Notes under the pieces: generated by a model | Told to the model about the DNA's origin: nothing | Database searches by the model: none | The model's input: the letters and a program-made list of their open reading frames with translations, nothing else | NCBI GenBank assembly: GCA_965261735.1 | Contig: OZ253470.1 | Span: 3,968,001 to 4,032,000 of the forward strand | DNA from: Alphaproteobacteria bacterium | GTDB taxonomy: Bacteria; Pseudomonadota; Alphaproteobacteria; SHVV01 | Direction: 5' to 3' | Length of the DNA: 64,000 nucleotides | Shown: in pieces, positions 29,189-38,767 of the stretch | Position numbering within the stretch: the stretch's first letter is position 1 | Layout of the letters: every line of letters begins with the position of its first letter | Position numbers and translations under genes: made by a program

Positions 29189-30025
29189 TTAACGCTCGAT
29201 GAATTCGACCACCTCGCGGTTGAATCGCTCCGGGTGCTCGATATAGGGCAGGTGGCCGCACTCCTCGTAGATGATGAGTTCGGCGTTGGGCATCCGCTTC
29301 ACCCCCGCCACGGTTTTCTCGACCGACACGCGGACGTCGTTGCGCCCGGTGAAGACGACAGTCGGCGCCTCGATCTTCTCGAGGCGCTCCTCGATCCGAT
29401 AGGCCACCATGGATTTCGTGGCGTTGACGCGGTTGCGGTTGGCGCGGGTGTAGAAGTCGAGCATGCCGGGCCGCGCATAGTGCGTGAGCTGCGCCAGGAT
29501 GATGCCTTCGGGCACCACCGTGGGGTCGTAGCAGATGTTGCCGAGCCGCTTGCGGCAGGTCTCGAGGGTCGCGTCGCCGATCGCCTTCGAGGCGTTCTGA
29601 AACGACCCCTCCATGGCCTTTTTCCAATCCTCCTCGGTGTCGAAGGAGGAGCTGCTGCCGGTCATGATGATCTTTTCCACTTGCTCGGGTCGCTCGAAGT
29701 AGAGCAGCCCAGAGATCAACGCCCCGTAGGAGCTGCCGCCGACGACGTATTTCTTGAGGCCGATCGCGTCGATGAAGGCGTACAGGTGGTTCATCGTGTG
29801 GGGCTGCGGGATGTCGTCGCCGAGATCGATGAAATCGGTCATGCCGTGACCGAGGAGGTCCGGCGCATAAACCGCGTACTTGGCGCTGAGCTCGTCGATG
29901 TTGCAGCACCAAGTGTCCGCCGATACGCCGCCGCCGTGAATCAGGAGTAGCTTCTTCTCGTTCGCCTCGCCCTCACAGATGTAGCGCGTGTTGATTCCGT
30001 TGACGTCGATGTAGCGCATGCGCAT
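29189..30025 (-). CDS. Alpha/beta hydrolase
   Basis: LLIHGG, PDLLGHG, GSSYG nucleophile elbow, G..D, CGHLP..E.PE.FN. Confidence 0.9.
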   Translation of the reverse strand: MRMRYIDVNGINTRYICEGEANEKKLLLIHGGGVSADTWCCNIDELSAKYAVYAPDLLGHGMTDFIDLGDDIPQPHTMNHLYAFIDAIGLKKYVVGGSSYGALISGLLYFERPEQVEKIIMTGSSSSFDTEEDWKKAMEGSFQNASKAIGDATLETCRKRLGNICYDPTVVPEGIILAQLTHYARPGMLDFYTRANRNRVNATKSMVAYRIEERLEKIEAPTVVFTGRNDVRVSVEKTVAGVKRMPNAELIIYEECGHLPYIEHPERFNREVVEFIER

Positions 30026-30086
30026 GGCGGTTATTCCTCCCGGTGGCTCTGGCCGCGGCCGGCGGCTCCATGGGCCAACACACATT

Positions 30087-30125
30087 ATACGAAAGCGACA
30101 ATCCGGATACGAAGCGACAATCCGG
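30087..30125. repeat. Near-perfect 20/19-bp tandem repeat upstream of the hydrolase-ABC operon
   Basis: ATACGAAAGCGACAATCCGG followed by ATACGAAGCGACAATCCGG. Confidence 0.85.
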
Positions 30126-30165
30126 CCGCCAAGGGTAGTGAGCCGGCGACGCCCGTGCCGTCGCG

Positions 30166-31086
30166 CTACCCTAGCTTGGCCTCCATGACCTTGACCAGCG
30201 CGGTGACGACCTCATTGTAGGGTGCGCTCAGGCCCACTTCATGCGCCGCGCCCGGGATGGCACCGTTGATCACGTCGACCTCGGAGCGCCGGCCCGCCAT
30301 CAGGTCGTGGGCCATCGACGAGCGCGCGCCTGGGATCGTTTCGCCAAAGGCGCGTACGTAGCGCTCCAGGTCATCGAAGCCGAGCGCGATCCCCTTGGCG
30401 CGCGCCGCGTCATAGGCCTCGCGCGCGCAACCGGACGCAACGCGCCACCCATCTGCATCCGCCATCACCTCGGCCACCGTGAGCCCGGTGACGGTGGTGC
30501 TGCCGCTGAAGCACACGTTACAGATCAGCTTCTCCCACACCATCTGCTGGATATCGTCGAAGGTCTTGACGCGAAAACCGGCTTCGCGCCAGACGGTGGC
30601 AGCGCGCTCGAGCCGCTCCGTCACCGGGCCGTCGCTCTCGCCCAGCCGGACCAGCTCCCAGCCGTTGTGGTGCGTGTGGCCGGGCGCGACCATCGCGGCG
30701 CCGAAGCCGCCGACCACACCGATCGCGACGCGCTCGGCGCCGAGCGCGGCCGCCACCTTGGCGCTGCTGCCGAGACCGTTCTGGATCGCCAGCACCAGGG
30801 TGTCGGCACCCACCATCGGCTGCGCCGCCGCGCTCGCCTCGGCCACGTCCATCGCCTTGGTCGCGACGATCACGAGTTCGCAGACACCGGCATCCCCCGG
30901 GTCCGTCGTCGCGTTGAGGCGCACCGTGCGGTCGCCGCTCGCGCCCTCGACGCGCAGGCCGCCGGCGCGGATGGCCTCGATGTGCTCGCGCCAGCGGTCG
31001 ACGGCCCACACCTCATTGCCGGCGTCGGCCATCAACCCGGCATAGATCGAGCCCATGGCGCCCGTGCCGACGATACCGATCTTCAT
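30166..31086 (-). CDS. panE: 2-dehydropantoate 2-reductase family protein
   Basis: GTGAMGS, ATKA, QNGLG, WEKLICN, SSMAHD...GRRSEVDVING. Confidence 0.85.
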   Translation of the reverse strand: MKIGIVGTGAMGSIYAGLMADAGNEVWAVDRWREHIEAIRAGGLRVEGASGDRTVRLNATTDPGDAGVCELVIVATKAMDVAEASAAAQPMVGADTLVLAIQNGLGSSAKVAAALGAERVAIGVVGGFGAAMVAPGHTHHNGWELVRLGESDGPVTERLERAATVWREAGFRVKTFDDIQQMVWEKLICNVCFSGSTTVTGLTVAEVMADADGWRVASGCAREAYDAARAKGIALGFDDLERYVRAFGETIPGARSSMAHDLMAGRRSEVDVINGAIPGAAHEVGLSAPYNEVVTALVKVMEAKLG

Positions 31087-31174
31087 GGTGTTGCCCTCGC
31101 ACCGCTCGCGGGCTGGCCGTCCGCGCTCAGCATACGCTACCGTTCGGGTCCGACAAACCGCCTCCGTGTAAGGG

Positions 31175-32329
31175 CTAGTGGATTGATCGGAACGAAAGAG
31201 TCCGATTTGAGATTCCGTATTGTGCGGTGTCATGCGAGTCTGTGCTATGCGCACCGGCATCCATTTTACTGTCACGTCTGGCGACCGTCAGCGATTGCAA
31301 GCTATCGTCGCGGACCCGAAGAGCTCGCAGAAACATGTCTGGCGGGCGCGGATCATCCTGAAGAGCGACGAGGGGCTCGGGAACTCGTCGATCATGGCCG
31401 AGACCGGCAAGTCCAAGACCTGTGTCTGGCGCTGGCAGGAGCGGTTCATGCACGAGGGTGTCAACGGCTTGCTTCGCGACAGGTCCCGTCCGCCTGGCAA
31501 AGCGCCGATCCCGCCGGAGCGCGTCGCCGAGATCGTCCGCCTGACCCAGCAAGCGCCGCCGCACGAGGCGACCCACTGGACGCTGCGCGCGATGGCGAAG
31601 GTTGCTGGCGTCGCGGCGTCGACGGTCCAAGCGATCTGGAAGGCCCATGGCCTCAGCCCGCACCGCTGGCGGCACTTCAAGCTCTCCAATGATCCCGCCT
31701 TCGCCGAGAAGCTCACAGATATCGTCGGCTTGTATGTCGATCCGCCGGCCCATGCCGTGGTGCTGTCGGTTGATGAGAAATCACAGATCCAGGCGCTCGA
31801 CCGCACCCAACCCGGCTTGCCGATGAAGAAGGGCCGCGCCGGTACGATGACCTATGATTACAAACGGCATGGCACGACGACGCTGTTCGCCGCGCTCAAC
31901 GTGCTGGACGGTACGGTCATCGCACAGAACATGCAGCGCCACCGCCATCAGGAGTTCATCCGCTTCCTCAACCGCATCGAGCGCGAGGTGCCGACGGACA
32001 AGGCCGTCCACGTCATCCTCGACAACTACGCCGCGCACAAGAAGGACAAGGTCCGCGCCTGGCTCGCCCGCCATCCACGCTGGACCTTCCACTTCACGCC
32101 AACCTCGTGCTCGTGGCTCAATGCCGTCGAGGGCTTCTTCGCCAAACTAACGCGGCGCAGGCTCAAATACGGCGTCTTCCAATCCGTCGTCGACCTTCAG
32201 GCCGCCATCAACCGATTTGTCCGCGAATACAATGACGCAAACCCAAAACCCTTCATCTGGAAAGCCGACCCCGATCATATCATCGCCGCACGAAACAGAG
32301 GGTTCCAAACGTTGGAATCAATCCACTAG
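31175..32329 (+). mobile_element. IS630-family insertion sequence
   Basis: TIRs CTAGTGGATTGATCGGAACG / CTAGTGGATTGATTCCAACG (reverse complement); CTAG (TA) at both ends. Confidence 0.93.
31247..32329 (+). CDS. IS630 transposase
   Basis: VDEKSQIQALDRTQP, DYKRHGT, ILDNY, HFTPTSCSWLN.VE. Confidence 0.95.
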   Translation: MRTGIHFTVTSGDRQRLQAIVADPKSSQKHVWRARIILKSDEGLGNSSIMAETGKSKTCVWRWQERFMHEGVNGLLRDRSRPPGKAPIPPERVAEIVRLTQQAPPHEATHWTLRAMAKVAGVAASTVQAIWKAHGLSPHRWRHFKLSNDPAFAEKLTDIVGLYVDPPAHAVVLSVDEKSQIQALDRTQPGLPMKKGRAGTMTYDYKRHGTTTLFAALNVLDGTVIAQNMQRHRHQEFIRFLNRIEREVPTDKAVHVILDNYAAHKKDKVRAWLARHPRWTFHFTPTSCSWLNAVEGFFAKLTRRRLKYGVFQSVVDLQAAINRFVREYNDANPKPFIWKADPDHIIAARNRGFQTLESIH

Positions 32330-32340
32330 GACCGTAAAAT

Positions 32341-32539
32341 CGTAAGATTTCTTTACAATCGCGCGCGGCACCCTACGGACGGCCATAAGCCATTGAGACG
32401 CCACGATGATTCATCGTGAGGGCCGCCGATTTTCACGTCCGGAGTGTCGAAAATCTTTACACTTAACGTTTGGCCCACTACGCCGAGCGCAGACAACCCG
32501 TTGAAAGTGAACGGTAAAAAAAGTCGGTATGGATATTGC
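32341..32539 (+). promoter_or_regulatory. Sigma-54 promoter with two enhancer boxes (PEP-CTERM/PrsR-like)
   Basis: CGT-N11-ACA at 32341-32357 and TGT-N11-ACA at 32445-32461, both ending TTTACA; GG-N10-GC (CGGTATGGATATTGC) at 32525-32539. Confidence 0.7.
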
Positions 32540-32554
32540 GTCTAAACACCCGTA

Positions 32555-32791
32555 ATGGGGACCAGTTCGAGCAAAGTCGCGGCGCGGGCAGGGAAACTGC
32601 TCGGGCCCGTCGTTGGTGTCGCGCTGCTGGCGGCGGCTTCACAGCCGGCTTCTGCCTGGGTCACCAACCTGGGTAGGTGGTCCCAATTTGGCGGTCATTT
32701 TCGATACGAACAATGTGATTGGTGGTTTCAGCGGGGCCGATGACGACCTTGGGGCACCGTTCGCCAATCAACCGGCGAACCCCGGGCACGT
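32555..32791 (+). pseudogene. 5' remnant of a secreted protein gene, frameshifted and truncated by IS256
   Basis: Signal peptide ending ASA; continuation AVIFDTNN..G.DDDLGAPF..NPGHV in a shifted frame stops at the IS256 end. Confidence 0.6.
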
Positions 32792-34227
32792 GGGTCGTGT
32801 CCCAGGACGTGGTGTAGGAGTTGTTGGAGCCTCTGTTAGCTGTGGGTAGGCGGCTTGCCGTAGCGACCGCCGAGAGTCTGGCGTAGGCAAGCCGGCTATC
32901 CACAGCGGAGGCCATCGCGGTTCCGGTTTAGGGTTGGGCTAGTGCAAACCAACCTGACCCGAAGGAGAACCACGATGACCCAGGACATGATGACCCTGCG
33001 CGCGCTTTTGGAGAAGAGCTCCGATGCCGATCTGCTTCGCGAGATGATCGGCTTCACGGCCGAGCGGCTGATGGCACTGGAGGTTGAGGGCCTGACCGGC
33101 GCCGGGCACGGCGAGCGCTCGGCGGATCGTATCACCCATCGCAACGGCTACCGCGACCGGTCCTGGGAGACGCGGGCCGGCACGGTGGAGCTGAAGATCC
33201 CGAAGCTGAGGAAGGGAAGCTACTTCCCGGGCTTCCTGGAGCCGCGGCGGATGGCCGAGAAGGCGCTGGCTGCGGTGATCCAGGAGGCCTACATCCAGGG
33301 GGTGTCGACCCGCTCGGTCGACGATCTGGTTCAGGCGATGGGGATGTCGGGCGCCTCCAAGAGCCAGGTCTCCAGGCTGTGCGGCGAGATCGACGATAAG
33401 GTCACCGGCTTCCTCGATCGACCGCTGGAGGGCGACTGGCCCTATCTGTGGCTCGACGCCACCTACGTGAAGGTGCGCCAGACCGGACGCATCGTCTCGG
33501 TCGCGGTGACCGTGGCTGTGGCCGTCAACGACCAAGGCCGCCGCGAGGTCCTGGGCGTGGCGATCGGCGCGTCGGAGGCCGAGACCTTCTGGACCGAGTT
33601 CCTGCGCTCGCTGGCCCGGCGCGGGCTGCGCGGCGTGAAGCTGGTGATCTCCGACGACCACAAGGGCCTGAAGGCCGCCGCGACCCGGATCCTCGGCGCC
33701 ACATGGCAGCGCTGCCGCGTGCACTTCGCCCGCAACCTGCTGGCCCATGCCGGCCGCCAGGGCCGGCGCGTCGTCTCCGCCTTCGCCCAGGAGGACGCCG
33801 ACAGCGCGAAGGTCCAGTGGCGCCAGGTCGCCGACCAGCTCAGGCCCAAGGTGCCCAAGCTGGCAGTTCTCATGGACGAAGCCGAGCACGACGTCCTCGC
33901 CTACATGAGCTTCCCCAGGGAGCACCGCCAGAAATTGCACTCCACAAACCCGATCGAACGGCTCCATGCCGAGGTCAAGCGTCGCACCAACGTCGTCGGT
34001 ATCTTTCCCAACGAAGCCGCCATCACACGGCTCGTCGGCGCCATCCTTCTCGAGCAGAACGACGAGTGGGCCGTCTCAAGGAGATACATGACGTTGGAAT
34101 CCATCGCTCCGCTGAGCGATGGTGTCCCCATCACGCTGCCCACCGTGGCAGCCTGAACGTCCCGGCCCTACCCGCCGGGAGCCGCGTAGAGCGCAACGCT
34201 CTTACACCACTCCGCGGGACACGATCC
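32792..34227 (+). mobile_element. IS256-family insertion sequence, no flanking target duplication
   Basis: TIRs GGGTCGTGTCCCAGGACGTGGTGTAGG / GGATCGTGTCCCGCGGAGTGGTGTAAG (reverse complement). Confidence 0.9.
32975..34156 (+). CDS. IS256 (mutator-type) transposase
   Basis: [54 protein letters not shown]. Confidence 0.95.
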   Translation: MTQDMMTLRALLEKSSDADLLREMIGFTAERLMALEVEGLTGAGHGERSADRITHRNGYRDRSWETRAGTVELKIPKLRKGSYFPGFLEPRRMAEKALAAVIQEAYIQGVSTRSVDDLVQAMGMSGASKSQVSRLCGEIDDKVTGFLDRPLEGDWPYLWLDATYVKVRQTGRIVSVAVTVAVAVNDQGRREVLGVAIGASEAETFWTEFLRSLARRGLRGVKLVISDDHKGLKAAATRILGATWQRCRVHFARNLLAHAGRQGRRVVSAFAQEDADSAKVQWRQVADQLRPKVPKLAVLMDEAEHDVLAYMSFPREHRQKLHSTNPIERLHAEVKRRTNVVGIFPNEAAITRLVGAILLEQNDEWAVSRRYMTLESIAPLSDGVPITLPTVAA

Positions 34228-34896
34228 GCCTGACCCACCAAGCGGACCAAGCGGCGGATTATTAATGAAGCCGGGTCCAACGCCGCCGCCCGCGACGCCG
34301 GAGACGCCAGATAGGTTGTTGATTCCAGGGAGTGTACCTAGACTCGACTGCCCTGGAGAGGAGGCGCCGCTACCCGACCCGCCTCCACCCCTGGCACCTT
34401 GGGCCCCGTTATTGCCCGTTTGGGCGCCGCCGGAAAAAGTGAAGGGGCCCCCGACACTGCCATCGCCACCGGCAGCGGAGCCGCCGGCACCGCCTCCACG
34501 ACCGGCGCCACCGCCGCCGCCAAAGGAGGGGCTGCTGCCGCCGGGGCCCGCTGACAGTCCGCTGGCGCTGAAGTCGAATGTGACATTCGTCCCGATGATG
34601 GCGTTGTTGGCGGCGAAAAACGAAGCGCCTCGTTGGCCAGTCGCGATGACTTCATCATTGTCATCGATGATGAAATCGCCCGCGAACAGAAACTGCCTCA
34701 CAGGGCCGACGAGCCGCGTCGTGAAAGGGGTGCCGTTAAAGGTGCCGCCGCTGCCGACGCCATTGATCGTGCCGGAGTTCGTCCCCACGATGATCGCGGC
34801 GGCCAATGCGGGTCCGGCGCTAGCCAAGGCGATGCCCGAAACGGCTCCGAGCAGCGCCGTTCGCCATGCCCTGCGAATGCTAATAGGCGGGGCCAT
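34228..34896 (-). pseudogene. Secreted glycine-rich protein gene, 3'-truncated by IS256
   Basis: GGGAGA RBS, signal peptide ...GPALA, beta-rich segment, then a Gly-rich region running into the IS TIR. Confidence 0.7.
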
Positions 34897-34935
34897 GCAC
34901 AATCTCCCGAGCAAGCGCGAATCAGGACAATCACC

Positions 34936-35121
34936 GCAAATCACGTGCCAAATAATTAATCTGGCGAATTCAGAGGGTTAGCCCAGCGCGCCTCAGAAAA
35001 CGTAAAGAATTGTGACACCCATCACGGGAGGTGTGACGTACTAACATCGCCGCAACCCCCAGATTCCTTAGGGTTTGTTGCCTCGACTAGCGGTTGCCGT
35101 GAAGTGTAAAGTTTCTTTACA
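34936..35121 (-). promoter_or_regulatory. Sigma-54 promoter with two enhancer boxes
   Basis: TTGGCACGTGATTTGC on the minus strand (34936-34951); boxes CGTAAAGAATTGTGACA (35001-35017) and TGTAAAGTTTCTTTACA (35105-35121). Confidence 0.8.
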
Positions 35122-35174
35122 ACTTTACGCAGATGCGTGCTCATGAAGAAAAAGCCCCGCCGGGGCGGGGCCAG

Positions 35175-35460
35175 TTGAGAGGGCGTCCGTTATCGGCGCC
35201 GCCTGTGCCGCCACGCCCGCCCGTACCAGACGATCCATCGCTCGAGCCGGATCTACTGCCGCCGCCCGCGATGCCCGAGACATCAGATAGGTTGTTGACT
35301 CCAGCCCCGGCACCTAGGCTCGACTGACCTGCCTTGGAGGCGCCGCTACCCGAGCCGCCTCCGCTGATCTCGCCTTGAGCCCCAGAATTGCGCTTTTTGG
35401 CGCCGCCGGAAGAAGTTAAAGTGTCCTGCGCGGCACAGCCCTTTCCACCTGCAGCAGTGC
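35175..35460 (-). pseudogene. Internal fragment paralogous to the glycine-rich gene
   Basis: Translates SGGA...GAQG...GGGSGSGAS..GQSSLG...G.NNLS.VSG.AGG, matching the protein encoded at 34280-34440. Confidence 0.7.
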
Positions 35461-35660
35461 CGCCGGCGCCCGGAATCTAAGATGGTCGAACAGCCTGTCG
35501 AAGCCCTCATGCCGAGCCCGTCGAAGCATGGCTGCCGGGAGCCGGCCCCTCGTTGGAGCAGGTATTTCACGAGCGCCGCCGCGACGGCGGGCGCAGTCGT
35601 GCCATGTTCATCTATATCGGCGGCTTTGGGGGCCGGGGTCGATCGTCTCGGGGAGTTGGA

Positions 35661-36428
35661 CTAGAGTTTGATGCTCATGCCGCCGTCGACGACGAGCGTG
35701 TGGCCGTTGACGTAGGACGAAGCGCGCGAGGCCAGGAACAGGGCAACGCCGGCCATTTCCTCGGGCTCGGCGAGGCGGCCGAGCGGCGTGCGCTCCCGCA
35801 CCCAAGCCAGGCGCTCGGGGTCCGCCATGGTGCGGCCCGAGAACGCGGTCGCGAAATAGCCCGGCGCGATAGCGTTGCACGTGATGCCGTGCGGGCCGAA
35901 TTCCGCCGCCAGCGCCTTCGTCAGCCCGGCGAGGCCGGCCTTGGCTGCCGTGTAGTCGGCATTGAAGGCGGCGCCCTGGATGCCCATGATCGATGAGGTA
36001 TTGATGATCCGGCCGCTGCCTTGCTCGAGCATGGGCTTGATCGCCTCGCGGGCGAGGTGGAAGCACGCGGTAAGGTCGATGTCGATAAGTCGCTGCCAGC
36101 TTTCCAGCGAGAGCTCGAGGGCGGGCGCGCTCTTGCCGATGCCCGCGTTGTTGAAGAGCACGTCGAGCCGCCCGTGATCGGCGACGATCGATGGCACGGC
36201 GGCGGCGCGTGCCTTCTCGTCGGCGACGTCGAAGCCCATGCCCGAGGCCTTGAGGCCGGCCGCCGCCATCGCCGCCAGCTCGGCCTCGAGCGCCGCCTCG
36301 TCGACATCGTTGATCACGACGTGGGCCCCAGCGCCGGCCGTCGCACGCGCCATCACCTGACCGAGGCCGCCGGCACCGCCGGTGACGAACACCACCTGGC
36401 CATCGAGAGAGAACAGATCGTCGATCAT
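35661..36428 (-). CDS. Short-chain dehydrogenase/reductase (gluconate 5-dehydrogenase-like)
   Basis: TGGAGGLG, NNAG, YTAAK, NAIAPGYF. Confidence 0.9.
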   Translation of the reverse strand: MIDDLFSLDGQVVFVTGGAGGLGQVMARATAGAGAHVVINDVDEAALEAELAAMAAAGLKASGMGFDVADEKARAAAVPSIVADHGRLDVLFNNAGIGKSAPALELSLESWQRLIDIDLTACFHLAREAIKPMLEQGSGRIINTSSIMGIQGAAFNADYTAAKAGLAGLTKALAAEFGPHGITCNAIAPGYFATAFSGRTMADPERLAWVRERTPLGRLAEPEEMAGVALFLASRASSYVNGHTLVVDGGMSIKL

Positions 36429-36555
36429 CGGCAGCCTCGCGTATGAGAACGTGGGAAGCGCAACGCCGCGCGCGCGGGCAAAGCCGTTGCCCCCGGCGCC
36501 GGCCGCACATCATACTGCGCCGCGCGCCCGTCAACTCCGAAAAAGTAGGGAAGAC

Positions 36556-37962
36556 ATGTCCGACGATATCGCGTTCATGCCCGTCACCGAGCTCGTCGCC
36601 GCGTTCCGCGCCAAGAGCGTCACGCCGACGCAAGCCATGCGCGCCGCGCTCGATCGCATCAGCGCCCACGACGACCGCGTGAACGGGATCTGCTACCTCG
36701 ATGAGGAGGGCGCGCTGGCGGCGGCGGCGGAGTCCGATGCGCGCTGGGAGCGCGGCGCGCCCAAGGGGCTCGTGGACGGCGTCCCCATCTCGGTCAAGGA
36801 CACGCTCAATGTGAAGGGCATGCCCACGCGTCAGGGCTCCAAGACGGCCGATCCGAACCCGGTTGCCGCGGACGCCGCGGCGGTGGCGCGTATGCGCGAG
36901 CACGGCGCCATCATCTTCGGCAAGAACACGACGCCCGAGTACGGCACCGGGCCCTCCACCGTGAACCCGCTCACCGGGGTCACGCGTAATCCCTGGAACC
37001 TCGACAAGTCGCCGGGCGGCTCGAGCGGTGGTGCCGCGGCCGTGGTCGCGGCGGGCATCGGGCAGGCCTCTCTCGGCACCGACGCCGGCGGCTCGATCCG
37101 CATTCCGTGCGCGCTGTGCGGCTTGGTCGGGCTCAAGACGACGCTGGCGCGGGTCGCGGTCTATCCGCCGATGGTGGTGCCGGTTCTCTCGACCACCGGG
37201 GCGCTGGCGCGAACCGTCGACGATGCCGCGCTCATGCTCAACGTGCTGAGCCAGCGCGACGGGCGCGACTTCCAGGAGCTGGCGCCGGACGGGGTCGACT
37301 ACACGCGGGGCCTCAACGACGGCATTCGCGGCCTGCGGGTCGCCTACAGCGCGACGCTCGGCTTCGCGCCTAGAGTCGATTCCGAGGTCGCCGACATCGT
37401 CGCGAAAGCTGCCCACGCCTTTACCGATCTCGGCGCCACCGTGGAAGAGAAGGACCCCGGGTTCGAAGACCCGCACGGCTTCATGCGTGTGCTGGTCAAC
37501 GCCGGCGTCGCCTTCAAGACGCGCGAGGTACCCGAGGAAAACCGGGCGCTGATGAGCGACAGCCTGCGCGCCAGCATCGAGACGGGCCGCAACACTTCAG
37601 CCGTCGAGTATCTCGCGGCGATGGATGCGCGCGCCAAGATCTTCGTTCACATGCAGCACTTTCATGAAACATACGATCTCCTGCTCACGCCAACGACGGC
37701 GGCACCGGCGTTCACCGCCGAGCGCTTCAGCCCCGAGGACTTCGAGAAGGAGTTCGGCTACATCCGCGCGTGGACGCCGTTCTGCTACCCCTTCAGCCTG
37801 ACCCAGCAGGCTGCGGTAACGGTGCCGTGCGGCTTTACCAAGGCGGGTCTGCCAGTGGGTCTCCAGATCGTCGGCCCCAAGTTCGCCGATGCCCTGGTGC
37901 TGCGGGCGGCCAAGGCCTACGAGACCGCGTATCCGACGACCGATCGCCGGCCGCCCCTGTAG
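36556..37962 (+). CDS. Amidase signature family protein
   Basis: GVPISVKD, GGSSGG, GTDAGGSIRIP, GLPVGLQIVG. Confidence 0.93.
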   Translation: MSDDIAFMPVTELVAAFRAKSVTPTQAMRAALDRISAHDDRVNGICYLDEEGALAAAAESDARWERGAPKGLVDGVPISVKDTLNVKGMPTRQGSKTADPNPVAADAAAVARMREHGAIIFGKNTTPEYGTGPSTVNPLTGVTRNPWNLDKSPGGSSGGAAAVVAAGIGQASLGTDAGGSIRIPCALCGLVGLKTTLARVAVYPPMVVPVLSTTGALARTVDDAALMLNVLSQRDGRDFQELAPDGVDYTRGLNDGIRGLRVAYSATLGFAPRVDSEVADIVAKAAHAFTDLGATVEEKDPGFEDPHGFMRVLVNAGVAFKTREVPEENRALMSDSLRASIETGRNTSAVEYLAAMDARAKIFVHMQHFHETYDLLLTPTTAAPAFTAERFSPEDFEKEFGYIRAWTPFCYPFSLTQQAAVTVPCGFTKAGLPVGLQIVGPKFADALVLRAAKAYETAYPTTDRRPPL

Positions 37963-38012
37963 GGCGTGTCTTCATGGAGGGCAACGATCTAGCGCCGAAG
38001 CGTGGCCTGCTG

Positions 38013-38040
38013 ATGTCCGCTTGTAGCCATAAGCGGAAGT
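38013..38040. repeat. GTCCGC..GCGGA hairpin repeat
   Basis: ATGTCCGCTT-GTAGCCAT-AAGCGGAAGT. Confidence 0.8.
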
Positions 38041-38062
38041 CCCGTGCTGAACCGATCAGCAC

Positions 38063-38767
38063 TCAATGACCGAGCCAGTCGAGGGAGCGTGCAATAAAGA
38101 CGTGACCATTGGAGCGCTGCCATTCGCCGTGCGCCATAATGATACGCTCGCAATTCTACCCAAGCATCTTGTCGCGCGCCTCGCGGGCCGACGCGCGGTT
38201 AATGAATGACAACCTCCATACCAGCGGTGCACGGGCGTTGTCCGATGTAATGCCATCGAGCTTCGCAAGCGGACGCTGCCACCGACTCCAATGCTCGCGG
38301 AGGAAGTGATGGCTGAAGTTTTGGATCAAATCGGCCACGATGACGGTGCGAGACGGTCTGTGTAGGAACACAACCTCGTCCATGGCTGGGGAGCCCCGGA
38401 ACCAGGCCTGGTCCAAATCGGCTTGCCATTCCAGCGGTGAGATGTCGGATAGAGGTTCGCGGAACTCAAGGTCGCGCCGCTTTTTAATTATCGACATCGG
38501 TCCCCAGAGATGCGCTCCGGGAAAGCGAGCCTCCCAATCTTGCAGATAGAGATGATGGATCTTGTTGGGGCTGACGAGATGAGCGACGCGGCCGAGGCGC
38601 TCGATCTCCTCGAGCAGGCCCTCCGATGGCTTGATCGGCGACCATATCCAAAGATCACCGTTGCCGAATCGGACGACCACGGAGCGCGTTGGATGGGGGA
38701 ACCCGTAATGGCTCACCGTCTTGCCTTCCGCGAGCCAGATCGCATCACTGACCTCTTCAAGTCCCAT
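38063..38767 (-). pseudogene. DUF4336-like protein with an in-frame amber stop at 38156-38158
   Basis: PTRSVVVR..G.LWIWSP, VSPNKIHHL, EVVFLH..SRT.IVADL; reads ...KMLG*NCERIIMAHGEW...LDWLGH*. Confidence 0.8.

Noticed and set aside
29124-29912. 646-aa version of the substrate-binding protein
   Set aside because: The extension overlaps the hydrolase in another frame; the RBS and signal peptide mark the start at 29123
31175-34227. Composite transposon formed by IS630 and IS256
   Set aside because: Different IS families with unrelated ends; IS630 has its own TA/CTAG flanks, indicating an independent insertion
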